From Oopsacas minuta (taxonomy: Eukaryota; Animalia; Porifera), in NCBI GenBank assembly GCA_024704765.1, contig JAKMXF010000299.1, forward strand, positions 434,001 through 498,000: a stretch of DNA of 64,000 nucleotides. The letters run 5' to 3'. Below are positions 22,501 through 42,500 of this stretch, one piece after another (positions within the stretch are counted from its first letter, which is position 1; the number at the start of each line of letters is the position of its first letter). Position numbers and translations under genes: made by a program. Below the pieces are notes generated by a model, which did not search any database, was not told the DNA's origin, and saw only the letters and a list, made by a program, of their open reading frames with translations.

Positions 22501-25030
22501 ATATTGCACTCCTTTTTGGTGATTACTCATATTTTCACACTTTCTATGTAAATACAAAGGAAGCTAGAGATTAGGTTTCAACATGTTATTAGGGGGTAAT
22601 TGGGTGCGTAGAGTCAGATTTTGAGAATTCCAGAGTCTGAAAGTTACAAATTAACAGATTTATCATATGATTAATCAATTTTCACACCTTTTTGTATATT
22701 CCTCAAAATCATGCTAAAGATTTCCTTTTAACTGCAAATCAGAGGTTATCGAGTTTGTAGATTCCAAATTTGACATTTTCAAATTTATATTTACATGATT
22801 TAACATATTTTAACATCTTTTTGTACATATTTCCAATTGATGTTAGAGATTCGTTTCTAAAGTTAGACAGGGTAATTGCAGGATAATTATTTAGAATTTT
22901 ATCAATAGGATTGGGGATAGAACATGAAGTTCAGTAGGGGACGAGAATATTGAATGTCCTCCAATAGCCCAAAATCATTCGTGGTCCAGTGCATCGTGGC
23001 ATCTACAAGGTGGGGTCAGGGGGGCATCCCCCCTGAAAAGAACAAAAATACTAACATGGCCATGATACATACAATTTACATATAATACAGTGTTTATCTT
23101 GTAATTTATTTGGTTAGATAGATCCATTGAAAACATCAGAATCTCTTGTGCAAGAAAACTTAAGTATTCTCCTTCATCATATCCGCTTATTATGGGATAA
23201 GATCCAGACTTCTGTTAAACTGATACCGAAGTTAGTTTCATCATAATTTCTATATGAGTAAATGTAATGTCAACCGATATTTGGCTCAATTATTATGTTA
23301 TTAATGTGTTTTTCAGGATCTTGAGATATATATTCTATATGGTCAGATGTCAGGTATCTGAGAAATGGCCTGAAGACAAACTAGTGGGTCATAGGATTGT
23401 CAGGTTAGATAGATTCATATAATCATTGTCTTGGCCTGGTTTATATATGTAGATTGTTCTATCCTTAATTTTGTTGTATCAACCAATATTTTTTCGTGTA
23501 AGTTTCCGTTTTGATATTTGCCAAACATATCTTAACAAATATTTGAATTTTATTTATTCTTTTCCTGTTTAGCTGTTTCTTGTTTTTGAGATTTATCTGT
23601 CCTGCTATCACGAATCCTAAACTATATTCTATTGTAGAAGGTAAATTTCTTTAATTTCTAACTCTAATTCTATGAGCGCAGATCAAAACGTCTACAAACC
23701 GACCAATTATTGCTATGCGATTCCTCAAAGGTTTTTTATCGAATTTCTGAGAGAATTAGTGTTATTGTTGTATTTGTGCATTTACTACATTATTGGGATA
23801 CTTCTTTGGAATTTTGTTGGCATTAGTGTCTATCTTGGCTCGGACTGTTGTTCGGACTTCTTGACCACCCCGTGGTTTTTGGCACGTGAATTTTAATGGG
23901 TTATTGGCGATACTGTAATGACTATTATCGAATTAGTATTTTTGAGGAATTGCATTTTTGTCTAAGAATTTCATCTGTGCCATTTGTTAACGTTTCAGTA
24001 TGTAAACGTTTTAACCGTAATCAATTCTATTACTCTACATATTTATATCAGATTTAATGTACGTATATCTAATTTTGTAGATCTTCCAGTAGACTCTTAC
24101 CGCTCTCTTACATTAGTAGCTAAAACTTTACAAAATCTTGCAAACTTTGCTATTTCACCAAAGGTATATTACTTCGTACCGTATTTCCCTGAATAAGTGT
24201 CGAAAGCAAGAAAATGTCTCCAAGAATTATCACCATGACCCTCTAGAAGAATTTGTGTGAAATTTCCGCCTCATTTGGTTATGCAACAAATTAGAGTAAT
24301 TTGTTTCCCAAAATCATTTGTATTTTTTAAATTGTAAATAATTTCTACGAAAAGAATAACCCCCTGTGACTTATTCAGGAAATACAGAGAGTATATTTTT
24401 ATTCAATATATTTGCATGGAAATTTTTATTCTTGCATATTATTTGTAGGAACAGTATATGCGGGTGTTCAAACATTTTCTTGAAGATAAACAGAAGGAAA
24501 TGAAAAATTTTTTAGATCTTATCTCTTCCGAGGTACATTCTTTCGTTGGAAATACAGTCTAACCTCCTTTAACGAGTGCCAGAGAGGCCGATGCTACCTC
24601 CTCTTCCCGTTTGTGGAGGTTGATTTGTATTGTACTAGGATTTTGCCCTGTAATTTTTCACTTCTCAAAAAATATTGAGTCTCTCTCTTTCTCTCTGGGT
24701 TTATAATATATACCTATATTATTTTCTTATTTGTAGGAAGCAGTGCCTTCCTATCCACCAATGGAGCTAGATTGTTCTAATGATCTAGCTGCACTACACC
24801 ATAAGATACAAGTAGTTAGAGACAAACTCATACCAGATGCAACACCTCAGGTTAGAATATATGTAATACTACAAAACAGAAGTATTTGCATATTTGTCTA
24901 AACTCAATCATTAAGTTTACTTATTTTATATTTTCTACATTATAAGGTTCTATCTCTTGTTAAAGCATCGGACAATATCTTTCTCAGAGAAGTCACACTT
25001 TGTAAAGGTGCTCATGTCACTCAATTATGA
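13538..25030 (+). CDS. RASA1: Ras GTPase-activating protein 1 (SH2-SH3-SH2-PH-C2-RasGAP), 24 exons, ~868 aa
   Basis: Phase-consistent GT-AG exons: 13538-13542 (inferred), 13869-14154, 14210-14283, 14803-14920, 15522-15606, 15901-15967, 16030-16104, 16196-16271, 17736-17880, 18019-18104, 18221-18294, 18381-18468, 18678-18916, 19003-19088, 19351-19466, 19786-19996, 22087-22229, 23118-23230, 23317-23403, 23573-23640, 24081-24163, 24449-24532, 24737-24850, 24947-25030. Motifs: WFHGKLDR, YLVRQS, WFHENIDR, FLVR, arginine finger LFRNTTLAT, FLRFICPAI, AKTLQNLAN. Confidence 0.93.
15655..15782. mobile_element. hAT-type MITE in a RASA1 intron
   Basis: Imperfect TIR CAGGGGCGGATC / GGACCGCCACTG. 8-bp TSD GTTCATAC (15647-54) / GTTCATGC (15783-90), 7 of 8 identical. 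Confidence 0.75.
16419..17624 (-). mobile_element. Internally deleted, non-autonomous DNA transposon with transposase remnants (superfamily not assignable here)
   Basis: Long diverged TIRs starting CACTGG(A/G)CAACA, both ends flanked by TAA. The minus strand encodes the Cys-rich N-terminus MNTSRRQCTNHPDNFCYICG...GDQDKNWAPHICCTVC...PFAVPMIWREPK from 17173. A frameshift near 16905 continues NHTLDCYFC, then joins directly to the family C-terminus MESRYGGRFNPNMMGDYCWFLQRE...HF* (stop 16722-16720). The central region is missing. Confidence 0.85.
20425..21801 (+). CDS. MFS sugar-porter family transporter (SLC2/TRET1-like), intronless, ~458 aa, nested in RASA1 intron 19997-22086
   Basis: About 12 hydrophobic segments. 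Sugar-porter motifs LGRKKV, ARLVLG, PTSPHWL (PESPRWL-like), QILKEMSG, FSLGWGSI..IELFHPKHR. Likely start ATG 20425 (MTFNLKAE). Confidence 0.9.
   Translation: MTFNLKAEIYSFVTCLAGFLGIVSTGINSGMISPIIPELMKDELVTTELLPIFTGSYFVGTFIGHISTGCVVLLGRKKVLIISLSFIYYFVNYIFLFGLNSLSVIAARLVLGIHDSIVFDLFIVLTGEVVMDTRKSVYCTSMGISLRLSVLLAYLLGIWISYRYIVIVSMSCYTLCIILMVLQPTSPHWLIKKGHFEMANRVLFRIYQNQTVADEKFNEIYEQQCISGQTYQNIDNSNKLLEKFRSIFNWPVLKPILIISSLQILKEMSGHETIVSYCSLILSVNASVTNSTSILADKNVQALAYPSLLGLGSVLSLLIVSPKRLKAILIVTTVGQLIAHLSMTSYFVVTQYNLLNQTGIIMHYLFIWGELSIAMYGLFFSLGWGSIIYYLYIELFHPKHREFSTSICSLAMAVTSISSVTTNGYILEVFGGVVMFSSFSITCIVAVIFQIFLLPTLQ
22336..22490. repeat. Possible Helentron-associated (HINE/DINE-like) fragment
   Basis: T-rich start followed by GC-rich CGTCCGTACGTTCGTCCG (GTCC-like microsatellite) and an AAAATTGGTACACAT tract. 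A similar GTATGT...AAATTTGGCATG tract lies near 28000-28060. Assignment is by resemblance only. Confidence 0.3.
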
Positions 25031-25340
25031 GCATTTCTTCACATAGGATAGATATAATTATTAAGTTCTATGAATTCCAATTCCACTAATGCTAGCTTAT
25101 ACTTTATTCATTAGATTAGCTCGATTTATTTTCTAATTTTGCAATTGGTATTGCTGTATATATATTAGTTGTTCGTGATTATTATTTTCCTCTTTCATAT
25201 GCTTTGCTATATTGTTGTGTTGTTGTTATGTTTGATATGTTTTGCTGAGATATTAACTTTCTGCTCATTTAGTTTATTGAGTCACAGGTTTTTTAGTTAA
25301 CAGAATATTCCAGCATTTTATAATGCTACAATTTCATATA

Positions 25341-25510
25341 CAGTAGAACTCGGATAAGACGTACACTCGGTTAAGACGTACTATTTCTTATATCCCAAAA
25401 TATCAGTCATCATTATTTGTAATGCAAACATATTCGGATAAGACGTACACTCGGTTAAGTCGTACTAATTTCTGTTTCCCGCGGGGGTACGTCTTATCCG
25501 AGTTCTACTG
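25341..25510. mobile_element. pogo/Tigger-like MITE (170 bp), between RASA1 and Rac1
   Basis: Perfect 24-bp TIR CAGTAGAACTCGGATAAGACGTAC with TA on both sides. Decayed relatives near 49410-49530, 51703-51730 and 57590-57745. Confidence 0.9.
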
Positions 25511-25954
25511 TACGTAATTCTGGATTTAGTATACTATTGTAGATATGGAATTCTCTCAGCTCTTTGAATTTTGTAAATATCAATCCAGGATTCTCGTAAC
25601 TAATCTATTCATCTTGTAGGTCGATTTCATTAGTAATCATACAATAATTCTCTCTGCTGAATGAGAATATTTTCAGCTGGTCCATAGTTCATCTTTTCTA
25701 TCATACTATTAGCAGTCTATCTCATTATTAACCATATCAATCCACTATGAAGTCAGGAGCAGATTCTTGTTACTGTGATTATGGAGCATATTATATTATT
25801 TCTACAATAAATATTGTAATAATACCAGCATTTTACACTGACAACGTATAATCACGTATTAATTCCATTAGTTTAGAAATAGGTTTAGTTATATATTAGC
25901 AAAAGTGAAATAGCCGAGAAATACAATTTGAGTTTTCCAATCCTTTCTTGTTGG

Positions 25955-32284
<6,330 letters not shown>

Positions 32285-32349
32285 GATATTCCCTTATTCT
32301 CATATTCTATATTGCTAGCTGGCTCTTTTCAATTACCACTAATAAACAC

Positions 32350-32384
<35 letters not shown>
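32350..32384. repeat. (TTA)n microsatellite in the Rac1 3' region
   Basis: Direct reading of the ttattattatt run. Confidence 0.9.
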
Positions 32385-33679
32385 TATTTATTTGTTTAGT
32401 TATGTGTTAAGTTGATTAAATTATTCCAAACTCTTTCCCTTACTATCAAAATTGTATTTTCTCGCTTCTCTTATGAAGTGATTTCGAAAAGAATACAATT
32501 TGACTACTTGCTTTGAGGACTATATATATATATATATATTATATCGTGAAATCAATCGCAATTTTCAGCAACTTATTGAATAGAAATTAAAGTTACTATT
32601 AAACCAACTTTTTAGCTTCATTTTGTTAGGAGAAATCCTATTGGCATGGACATTGTCATAATGTCATTTGTCAATTATTTTGTCCATGAGAAAATATTTT
32701 TATGACAATCAGGAATTGGTACTGGTACGACCGGAACTGTTGTTGTATGTTGCATTATCCGGTCTGTCAAAATGACAGTTTCAATCCTTGCTCAGTACTT
32801 TTTTGGATATACATACGTATACCGAGTATTATTCTCACGTATACAATTATACTTTATTTCTACTTATCTGAATAATTATTTAATTGTAATTCATTAGAGA
32901 ATCTTATAAGTGATTTTTACACTTGATTAATGAGATTTTATAGATACAATGTCACCCACGTGCCCACGCCACATATCGTGAATTGTCGATTAAAATCATT
33001 TTAAGTATATTATGCAACCCATTAATATTGATATTAACAAAAAGAGATTGCGATTGCATCAAGTAATCGAGAAACATAATTTTTACATCTCAATATGGGA
33101 AGGGTCGACATTCAATTTGTAATAAGCAATTATTGAGTTGAAAACAACTTAAATAATTCATTGCTTACCACAGATAGAATTGCATTTGATCAAACACGAT
33201 TAATATATCGTTAATACACGTACCGCAGCTCTACAAATTGTAGAGAAAATGAATTCCATCACAAAGATTATATTTGGAGAGTGTATGTATATACCTAGAC
33301 TATCCTATCAGGACGGTACATCCTTTAAATATTTGGTATGGCGAGGCCGTATCAGTTTTATATATATTTCCCTGATTATGTCATTAACTACTCATATTTA
33401 CATATTTTTATTGAAGGAGTATATACTCAATCCATTTCATCGCATGTTGTGACAAAGAGCTAAAATTAAAACACGATAGATTTGAAAATGTAAAAATTGG
33501 TATAGAGCTCGCCATACCTGCCGCACCGCTTGTGAGGCCTCTGCCTTAGGGGTCACAGTCCCGGGATTCGAGATTGGTGGAACAATTAGTACGTGCCTAT
33601 AAATATTTTTCGGGAATAGATATAACCGTTTAATAGCACATTAAGATTATTTTTGTATAATATTAATTATTTAAAACTA

Positions 33680-34297
33680 CCGTAAAACCTCCCAAAGATG
33701 GACACCTTGTCTCGGTCCAAAATGTTTTCCATTGCTATGCTCATGAAAAGTGAACACCTCTCGTATGTGAACATTTTGGCTGGTCCCTAGGGTGTTCACT
33801 TACTGGATGTTTTACTGTATATAAATATAATGAATATACACTCGGACACCGTTAATTCGAACTTTCACTAGAGTGAACAAATTTGACTTCCCTTGAAAGG
33901 TATCAAATAGTATAATGGTTGGATAATTCGAAATCCTACAAATTGTAACAAATTTTGTTATTCATTGAAATCATATGAAAAATTCCATAATATCCCTCTG
34001 AGATACCAGTAGATCCTCGATTATCCGAACATCAGGAACACATTTAGTTTTAGAAATTGGTTCAAATTTCATCTCAGAATGAGTTCCGACTACTTTAGTA
34101 CTAATTTTTTCGTAGTATGTGGTGATATACGCCCATATTTATAGAAATATGCAGTGAAATATTCCAAATTACAAAATCCATATCCTCGTATATCCCAGAA
34201 CAGTGAATTTCATATTTCAAAATATACTATTTCAGTTATCTGAACACCCAACTTGGATTTGAATGACGAAGGTGTTCGGATAACCGAGGGTATACAG
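33680..34297. mobile_element. Cluster of decayed pogo/Tigger-like MITEs
   Basis: TA|CCGTAAAACCTCC...GATGTTTTACTG|TA (33680-33817) and CAGTAGATCCTCGATTATCCGAAC...TTCGGATAACCGAGGG (34007-~34297). Confidence 0.55.
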
Positions 34298-34836
34298 TAA
34301 TTCGTACATCAATACAACTTTGATCCTATGTGTAATTGTGTATTTCATCTATGTTTCAGTTATCTTTTTGATTTACTAATCGTGATTATTTTTCTTAAAA
34401 CACTTAAACATGATCAATTCAACTAATAATTGATGACCTTACAAAATTTACTTGAAAATTGGCTTATTTATCAGGCGAAAAGATACATTTGACATTTCTC
34501 TCATTGTTTTGTTAATATCAGAGAAATAGATAGATCCCGGCATTGGGACTCATACTCTGCCTATATTGCAAGAATTATTACGTGTTTAAATTGGAATAAT
34601 ATTATTTATATTCGTTTACAATAGCAAAACTAGCGCGCTTTCGCTTGCTCACGACAAATATTCACGATTTGTAGTTGAAAATGTCATATTATCGCTATAT
34701 ATCAGTTGAGAGCAAGTCTCTAAGTATATTTCGAGATTTCAACTATTTCATAAAAACAACAAATAATTCACACATGATTAATTCGATAGTGTGAAAATCA
34801 GAATCAGCATACTCGATTACTCTTATTATTGTTTAC

Positions 34837-35776
34837 TAGGCCGGATCGAGAAAAGTATACATCGTCGCTTCGACTTCTACCTAAGGCAAAAGTTGCCTTT
34901 ACTCTTTTCTAGGAAAATGCGAGACATAAATTTGAAAAATATTTCGAGTTGACCCTTGCGGTTTTATATTTTTGCTGTGTCACTTTCGCAAACTTGACTT
35001 TAAATTGTCCGAATTTTCTAATTCCTTTGACCTAGCCCCTTTAGATATATTATTTGGTAATACAGTGGAACCTGCATAATCCGACACTCGTTGGGAAACG
35101 AAGAAAATGTCGGATGAGTAAATTGTCTGATTATCGAGTAACCTCCGTAATCCGACATTTGTTGAGAACGAAGAAAATGTCGGATTATACAGGTGTTCTC
35201 GTATATACTAATGTAAAATTCAAGACATATGGTTGTCAAATATCAAGTATGCAGTATACTATATTTACATTGTAAGCGATAATGTTGGATTATGAAGGTA
35301 AAATCACCTCCATAATCCGACATTTGTTGAAATATGTACATCTCAGATAAATTAAAGCTAAATCGCTAAATTGTCGGTTTATAGAGATCGAATTTAAATT
35401 ACTTGATCATCATTAAATTGTCGATTACGGAGTAGCGAGGTTCCGGGTTATTGAGGTTGTTTTCTATACAAAAACTATCCGTGAAAAGAAATAATGTCGG
35501 TTTAGCGAAATTCCGGATTACAGAGGTGTCGGATTATGCAGGTTCCACTGTATTACCAAATAATATATCTAAAGGGGCTAAGTCAAAGGAATTAGAAAAT
35601 TCGGACAATTTAAAGTCAAGTTTGCGAAAGTGACACAGCAAAAATATAAAACCGCAAGGGTCAACTCGAAATATTTTTCAAATTTATGTCTCGCATTTTC
35701 CTAGAAAAGAGTAAAGGCAACTTTTGCCTTAGGTAGAAGTCGAAGCGACGATGTATACTTTTCTCGATCCGGCCTA
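34837..35776. mobile_element. Foldback (palindromic) element with 224-bp arms, 8-bp TSD and a MITE at its centre
   Basis: Arms 34837-35060 and 35553-35776 are reverse complements; I saw one mismatch (gacCtagc vs gacTtagc). Termini TAGGCCGGATCG. TSD TTGTTTAC at 34829-36 and 35777-84. Confidence 0.92.
35063..35550. mobile_element. pogo/Tigger-like MITE (488 bp) at the apex of the foldback element
   Basis: 25-bp perfect TIR CAGTGGAACCTGCATAATCCGACAC. TA at 35061-62 and 35551-52. Internal repeats of (A)TCCGACATTTGTTGA and ACGAAGAAAATGTCGGAT. Confidence 0.9.
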
Positions 35777-36527
35777 TTGTTTACTTTTCATATATCATCA
35801 ACAGAAGGATGTGTTATTCCTATATTGTATACAGATCATCTTACCCTATGATTACAATACAAAGTAGACAAACAAACAAACAAACAAACAAACAATAATT
35901 GAGATTTCACATAAAAGGTATTTACAATTTCTCAAAATATGATGCAATTTATGTTTATATTTGATCGGGATGTCCGTGAATATCCAACTACAATAAAAAT
36001 TCTGTTGCCTATTTCTCTGTTTAGATCTCTCAATCTGAAGCTATTCATGAAATCAATTCCTTTCTCATTAACTATTAAATACTCTCTTTGTTGTATGACA
36101 ATGATTATGAACGTAATCAATCCATTCTTTCAAAACTAAATGTTTGATCTTTTACTCATTAGTTTATCACCTTCAAAGCGCAATTGAAAATGCTTCATCT
36201 TCAACTACAAATGGTAATGAAACAATTAATTAAAGTATGCAATTACCGCATACGAATATCTTTTGAATGCGATTATGTATTAAGTGTGCACTCTCCATCT
36301 ATTTCTTCTATACTTGAAACTCGAGTACGCTTCAATAGAGAATTTGCATTAGAACTTGTTTTATGAGTTCAGGGCTATTAATACGTACGAGATCAAAGGA
36401 AAAGCTTTACTGGCTAAGTATAAATACTTCTTGAGTGTTGTTAATTTGTTCAATCATTACTTACTTATTTACTGTCAGAAATTGTATTTTTACGAAAGAT
36501 ATTTCATAAATTCTTTCATTATTACCG

Positions 36528-39500
36528 ATGTCTATTCTAACTGAAAGGAGAACTAATGATTTGGATATCTGTGCAGAACAAGCTATTGATAGGTATGCTT
36601 TCTATTTGCATTATCAATTGTACATTTGAATTGTTTGGGAATTGTAGTTTCACTTTAATAATTATGAGGGAATATAATATTGTATGCATTTTTCAAATAC
36701 TAACCACTGTTGGGGGCCTACGTCCACAGTTCTCCATTATTAATTTACTGCGGTTCATACAAATTTAGTGATCTTCTTATCTAATTCTCCAAATTTGACT
36801 TTCCAGCAATAAATTTATAACTTCTAAACTTGTGCAGTTATGTATGTCAAATTACATCACAAAGTTTTAACATAACTTGATTAGACAAGCTATCCTAAGT
36901 AAAAGGAATTCTGTTACGTATGCTCGGTTATTTTTTATGGAGCTATGCAGCGGTTATATTCCAAAATGTTTGTAAGTTACATTATAGATATTGAATACCA
37001 CTCTAATCGGAAATTCTGCTGTTTTGACAAAATGATGATCAAATTTTCCCTATTAAGCAAGGCCGAGTTGAGTTTATGTGGTTTAAAATACAGCCAAAGG
37101 CGAGTTTCATAACTCCTATCATTTGTGGAATTTGTTTATACAAAAATTACGACTAATTGCTAATTATTGCCATAATATTCCTAATTACATTTTGTTTATT
37201 CAATACTTCAATAATTCATCCACGCGTTAATTTACACGTATCATTTAGTTATATTCATAACATTTTCGGAGAACTTTTCATTTATCCCCCAGGAAAATTA
37301 TGTTTTTGCTGTATTTTCAAATCCTGTATTCATCTCTATGATTTTATTGAAGTTATGCATGTTTTAGACTATTTTGTAGTATTTTTAATTAATTCAAAAA
37401 CTTTCGCGATTCGTAAGGATCTAGGATAAACTATACTCATTACTCAATGTTATTATGCTTGATAAGTTTCTGCAATAGCCCATTTCTTAGAAAAACGATG
37501 AGGTTACTCTGTCTATTGATTGCTTAATAGATAATTGTTTCATATCTGTATTGATTATTTAGAGCTTTAATATTTGTAGACCGTCTATACTCTCATAGAA
37601 CCAAATACAAAATATGGTAGATAGAACACGAATAACTGTTCGCAAATACAATAAACTCCCTTTATAACCAAGTGATTCTTTACCCCTGTAACTTGAAAGT
37701 ATTGATTTTATTCCGCTTACAACAAAATATCGCTTTTAACGAAGGGAAACTGAGGTCGGAAGTATTTTGTTATAACGAGGGTTTACTTTAAGTTCATTGT
37801 TGTATTTCTATCATTCAAATTACGAACTCGTCACTTAAACACAGTAAACTTTGCTAATACGTATAAAACTTGATTAACCTGATATTGAGGGAATAGGAGG
37901 ATCCCCTTCTACAAATTTCTTTCATCTACAAAATTTAATATAACTTAACACATCTTATATTAATGTAAATGTAATATAATCAAGATGTTACTTATATGAT
38001 AATTATGGATAAGATTATTTGATGTTTGTAGCTTCGACCATTGAAAATGACTTATTTGATTTCCTAGTTATGAGCCTGTAAGCATGTAACATTAGCGAAT
38101 ATATGACGTAATACAGTGCAATAGGTTAGGCCAGTTTTTCCGTATATTATATGTATTTCATTTTGTAGTATAATCTCAATGATCCCGAGTGACACTGAGA
38201 TGACAGGTGATGAAACATCAGATTCCGACTCATCACATCACTCAATGGTATCTCCCAGTTTCACAGAAAATATTTATTCAAGCCTCTTACCACTTGCTCC
38301 TATTACAATGCATCCTAGAGCTATCAACAGAGTAATTTTAAATCACAAATCTAGCCTCGAAAAATTCATTCTATTCTTAAATATCAATAATGATGCGAAA
38401 AACCTTGTGGAATTCTGGATAGCTTGCGAATCTCTCTCAAAGTAAGTAAATTTGTAATAATCTTTAATCTAATAATATGATATTTCCGTACAACTGTTAC
38501 ATAATATCTTTGAAGTTTATAAGTTCAATTTACAATATTAATTCCGACTAATATATGTCATTATCAAATTTCAAACAGTTCAATAATTTCCCTTTTATGT
38601 GGCTGTTTTATAATTATGTTATTTTCAGTCAAACAACCTCTTTCAAAATTGTGACCACCCACCATACATCACTAAATATTTAATAATAATTCTGTACATC
38701 TCTTATACTTCAAAAGCAGTGCTAATAGAAAACGCTATTGAAAAATATGTTTCACAGTTAGTATAATTATCAAATAGCTAAATTATATAACGCACAATAA
38801 TTGTTTATTAATAGCAGATCTCATTATGTTCAATTGGAATTTTTTCTTTGTAGTTTGCTTCGCTATGAATTGGAGTAATTTGTAATTTAATGTTAACATA
38901 ATGTACATTGTATTAATTCCATAGAACTCTAGACTGAATTTATTTGACAAAAACGGAGGATGAATTTAGGATTATATTTTGGTGCTTTGAAAGTGTTCAG
39001 ACTTTTTCTAACGAGACACAAATTGTAGAATGCCAACCGTTTCACAATTGTTACTGCCACAATAGAATGGAAATTTCTACCCAGCTTGTGAATATGAGAT
39101 AAGATTGTATATCCATAGATTATTTTGTGGATCTTTGAACTTTTGTCGATCTTCTTCCTTTGTCTTTTGTAATTTATTCATTTGTTTAATCTATACCCTA
39201 TCTCATTTGATAACTAACTAATTAATGATATGCAATACAATGTAAATATTTCTATTTCTACTCAATTAATTGAAATATAATTTACATAGAACGAAAGACA
39301 ATGATTACCGTAAGAATTCTAAGCAAGTGTACTACAGATTCATTCGTAGTAATGCATTGCAGAGAGTTACCCTTTCCAAAGGATATTCAGATGCAATAAA
39401 GAATGCATTCCATGGCAGCGGTGATATAAGATCTGCTATGGAGTTTGCACAGACTGATGCATTCAACATTCTACAGGTCAGTAAATCTCGCTGTTTTACG

Positions 39501-42500
39501 ATAACGTATTAAATGGTTGCCGAAATATCCATCTTTCTTTATATCTAAGTTCTCCCTTTTGCCACTTAAAGTTATGAAAATGGTCATATTTGTAAAATTT
39601 GGGTGATAGTTTTTGCAAATATTGGTATCATTTCTTAAGTACTAGTAATCATTAATGTCGTTAATTTATACATTTTCGTTTATTATTTGTAGCTAGAAGC
39701 ATTTCCTCAATTCAAATCTACATTATACTATCAAACTCTTCTCAAAGATCCTTTATTCCTTAGTTTGTGTTCAGTGCCACCACCACCCCCTTCTTCCGTC
39801 TGCTCCAGCTGTTTCTCCATACAAAGCAGTATATGTACTAAGTTCTCAGATAGTTCTATCTCTCCTGAATCGGAGAAGAGCAGTCACAGGTTTGTTACAA
39901 ATTCTTACATCAATTGACTTTGAAATTCATTCAAAGATCATATAAAGACGTCCAAGAGGAACAATGTATTATACTACGTAACTTAAGCATGAATTATTTT
40001 CATAACAATACACAGATATTTGTAAAATATCATTAATTACTTATCGCGAATTTTATCAGAATAAGTTCATTGCTCTTGCGTAATACGTACTAAAATTACA
40101 TAAAGTTTCTTGTAAGAATTGTATTTCAAAGCTATGTGTAAGTCTTCGTTAAAATGTGAATGCTTTGAACATTTGTAAACTTGCGTTGATAAGTTACTTT
40201 CTCTCTTAATTGTCAATTTATCAAAAAGAACCCAGTTAATGGCTAGATCAGAGGTATAGTAAATGCTGTGAATAGCGTTACTTATCTTAAATGGTTTGAT
40301 TTTTAATTAACTTTGCATTAGCAACAACGAACTATCCATTAAATCTGATTCTTTTCATATTTTGTTTCAATTGTTACGTGTAAGAATAACATTGTCACCT
40401 TTGTGCAGTATTCATTGTAATTTACAAGATGATAATTTATGGTTAGATTGCAAGGGTTCAACACAAAATGCAACACTTAGATTTGAGTATATTGAAATTT
40501 ATATGGACTATGGGCGACTTATTCGGGAAGCTTATTGATTCTATGATTTCAATCGCTTTTCTCATATTTACTAGAATTCCGAAATTTCGTTCCAGGGCAT
40601 TCCGCAAATCTATGATAAACCCCCACTCTAACAACAACAGGAGTGCCCCAAATTGACCTGATTAACAAGGAATTCAAAACAAACTTCATGTTAACTAAGA
40701 GAGCAGATCATCAATTATATTATCTAATAATTTCTCTATAACTTATTTGCATATTCTTAATTACTTTATTTAGGCATGAAATACAGCATGAAGATTGCTT
40801 ACCTAAGAAAAACTACTCACGATCTAAGGTATGTTATCTAATATACTCATTGGAAAAGTTGTATTATTTCCATAGGGAGGACCTTAGTATTCCTCAACTT
40901 CATTTAGTATATGCTTCTTTTCTACTTTATGAATTGTAATTTCCTTAGCGACGCAATGAAATCACTAACGTGGATCAATTTGCAGCTCAGATAGTTAGTC
41001 ATATAGAGAAAGAGATTGAAAATAGAATTAAATTCACAAGAGAAGTTCAAGAATCTCTTCGAAGTGAAGGCAAACACGAAGAAATCATAAATGTAAGTAT
41101 ATTTTACTCATTAACCTGTTAGATTATTTCTCAAATAAAATATATTAAATAAACAAAATTTTTCGTACAAGTTAACATGCATTCGATGAATAACATGACA
41201 ATCTAGGAGTCACTAATAAGTCCTCTATCTTACTTTCAAACATACGCACATCCATTTCATTTTGTTGGTTCAATTTTATTATTAGTAAATTTTGTGTAAA
41301 CACAATTATTATTATTATTATTCTATGTTAACAAGCTAGAGTTTGTACTTTTTAATTAATGGCTTACTATACAAATATCCCACTTAAGATGAATACATAC
41401 CAATTCTCCCATTTAATGGATATAATTGTACCAATTATCTCTGATTTGATACAACGTATGTGCTTTATAGGAATTCGCGATTCTTATAGAAAATGCATTG
41501 AAATTTTTTCGTCTCATCCTGACTTTCGTATTAGCTATACATGCATAGAGTAGATTTTAATTAGAAAACTACTGTAATAACCTGTGTTAAAGTACACTCC
41601 CTGGCCAAAAGTATTGGAACACTCTGCCACAATTGACACATGACACAAATATGAATTTACTCTAGTTGTATAAGCTAAAATTTATTTCAAACATCTGTGA
41701 TCATATTTCAATCATTACTTTTATCATTACAATCGCCTTTCTGATATATTTTCAGATTATTCAGAACGTATATTCTCGCAATGTACCATATGCCACATGT
41801 GTCATTAATGGTCTGGTGTTCCAATACTTTTGGCCAGGGAGTGTATATTAAATCTATTATAAACGGTCATGCGTTAAATAATATACTGTACTCTTGTTAA
41901 ACTCTTACAACCCTCTCTACAATGTATGTAATCACTCCTAACATATTATTTATTAATTGTAAGCTTAGCGCCCTTGAAGGTAATCTACCCATGACATATT
42001 CCTTAGTACATCAAAGGACATCATATGGTGTAATTTAGTTAACATTCTATCAAAGAGAAATAATTATATCCATCATAACACCTACTAATCTAATTTCCAA
42101 TTGTTAATAATATCAAAATGTACAAATACTACTGCTTTTCTATTGGTTACATCACCTTTTAAATTCGTTTAATCTCTGTGTTAATTCATTTAGTGCTCAG
42201 ATTGGACATCCCACCCTATTAGAATAAAATATATTCAATTAAATAGAGAGCCTGAGGAAAGTAATGTAGATGTTTATGACGTTATATCATCCACATCTGA
42301 AGATATACAGCACACATTTCAAAATGAACCAGAGATGCAAGCTGATTTCAAATGTGAGCCTGTTTTCAATTCAATGCAATTCATGGTGAGGATATTACAC
42401 GTTTTTATTTTGTTGTAATATTTGTAGTATATTTATTGATTTTATTTCTTAGATGAATAAACCACTCAGTCACATCGATTATAATACAAAGCAAGTGAGT

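Noticed and set aside
41471-41553. Candidate extra Axin exon after TTTATAG
   Set aside because: The in-phase frame hits a stop with only a weak donor before it. It cannot be supported without cDNA.
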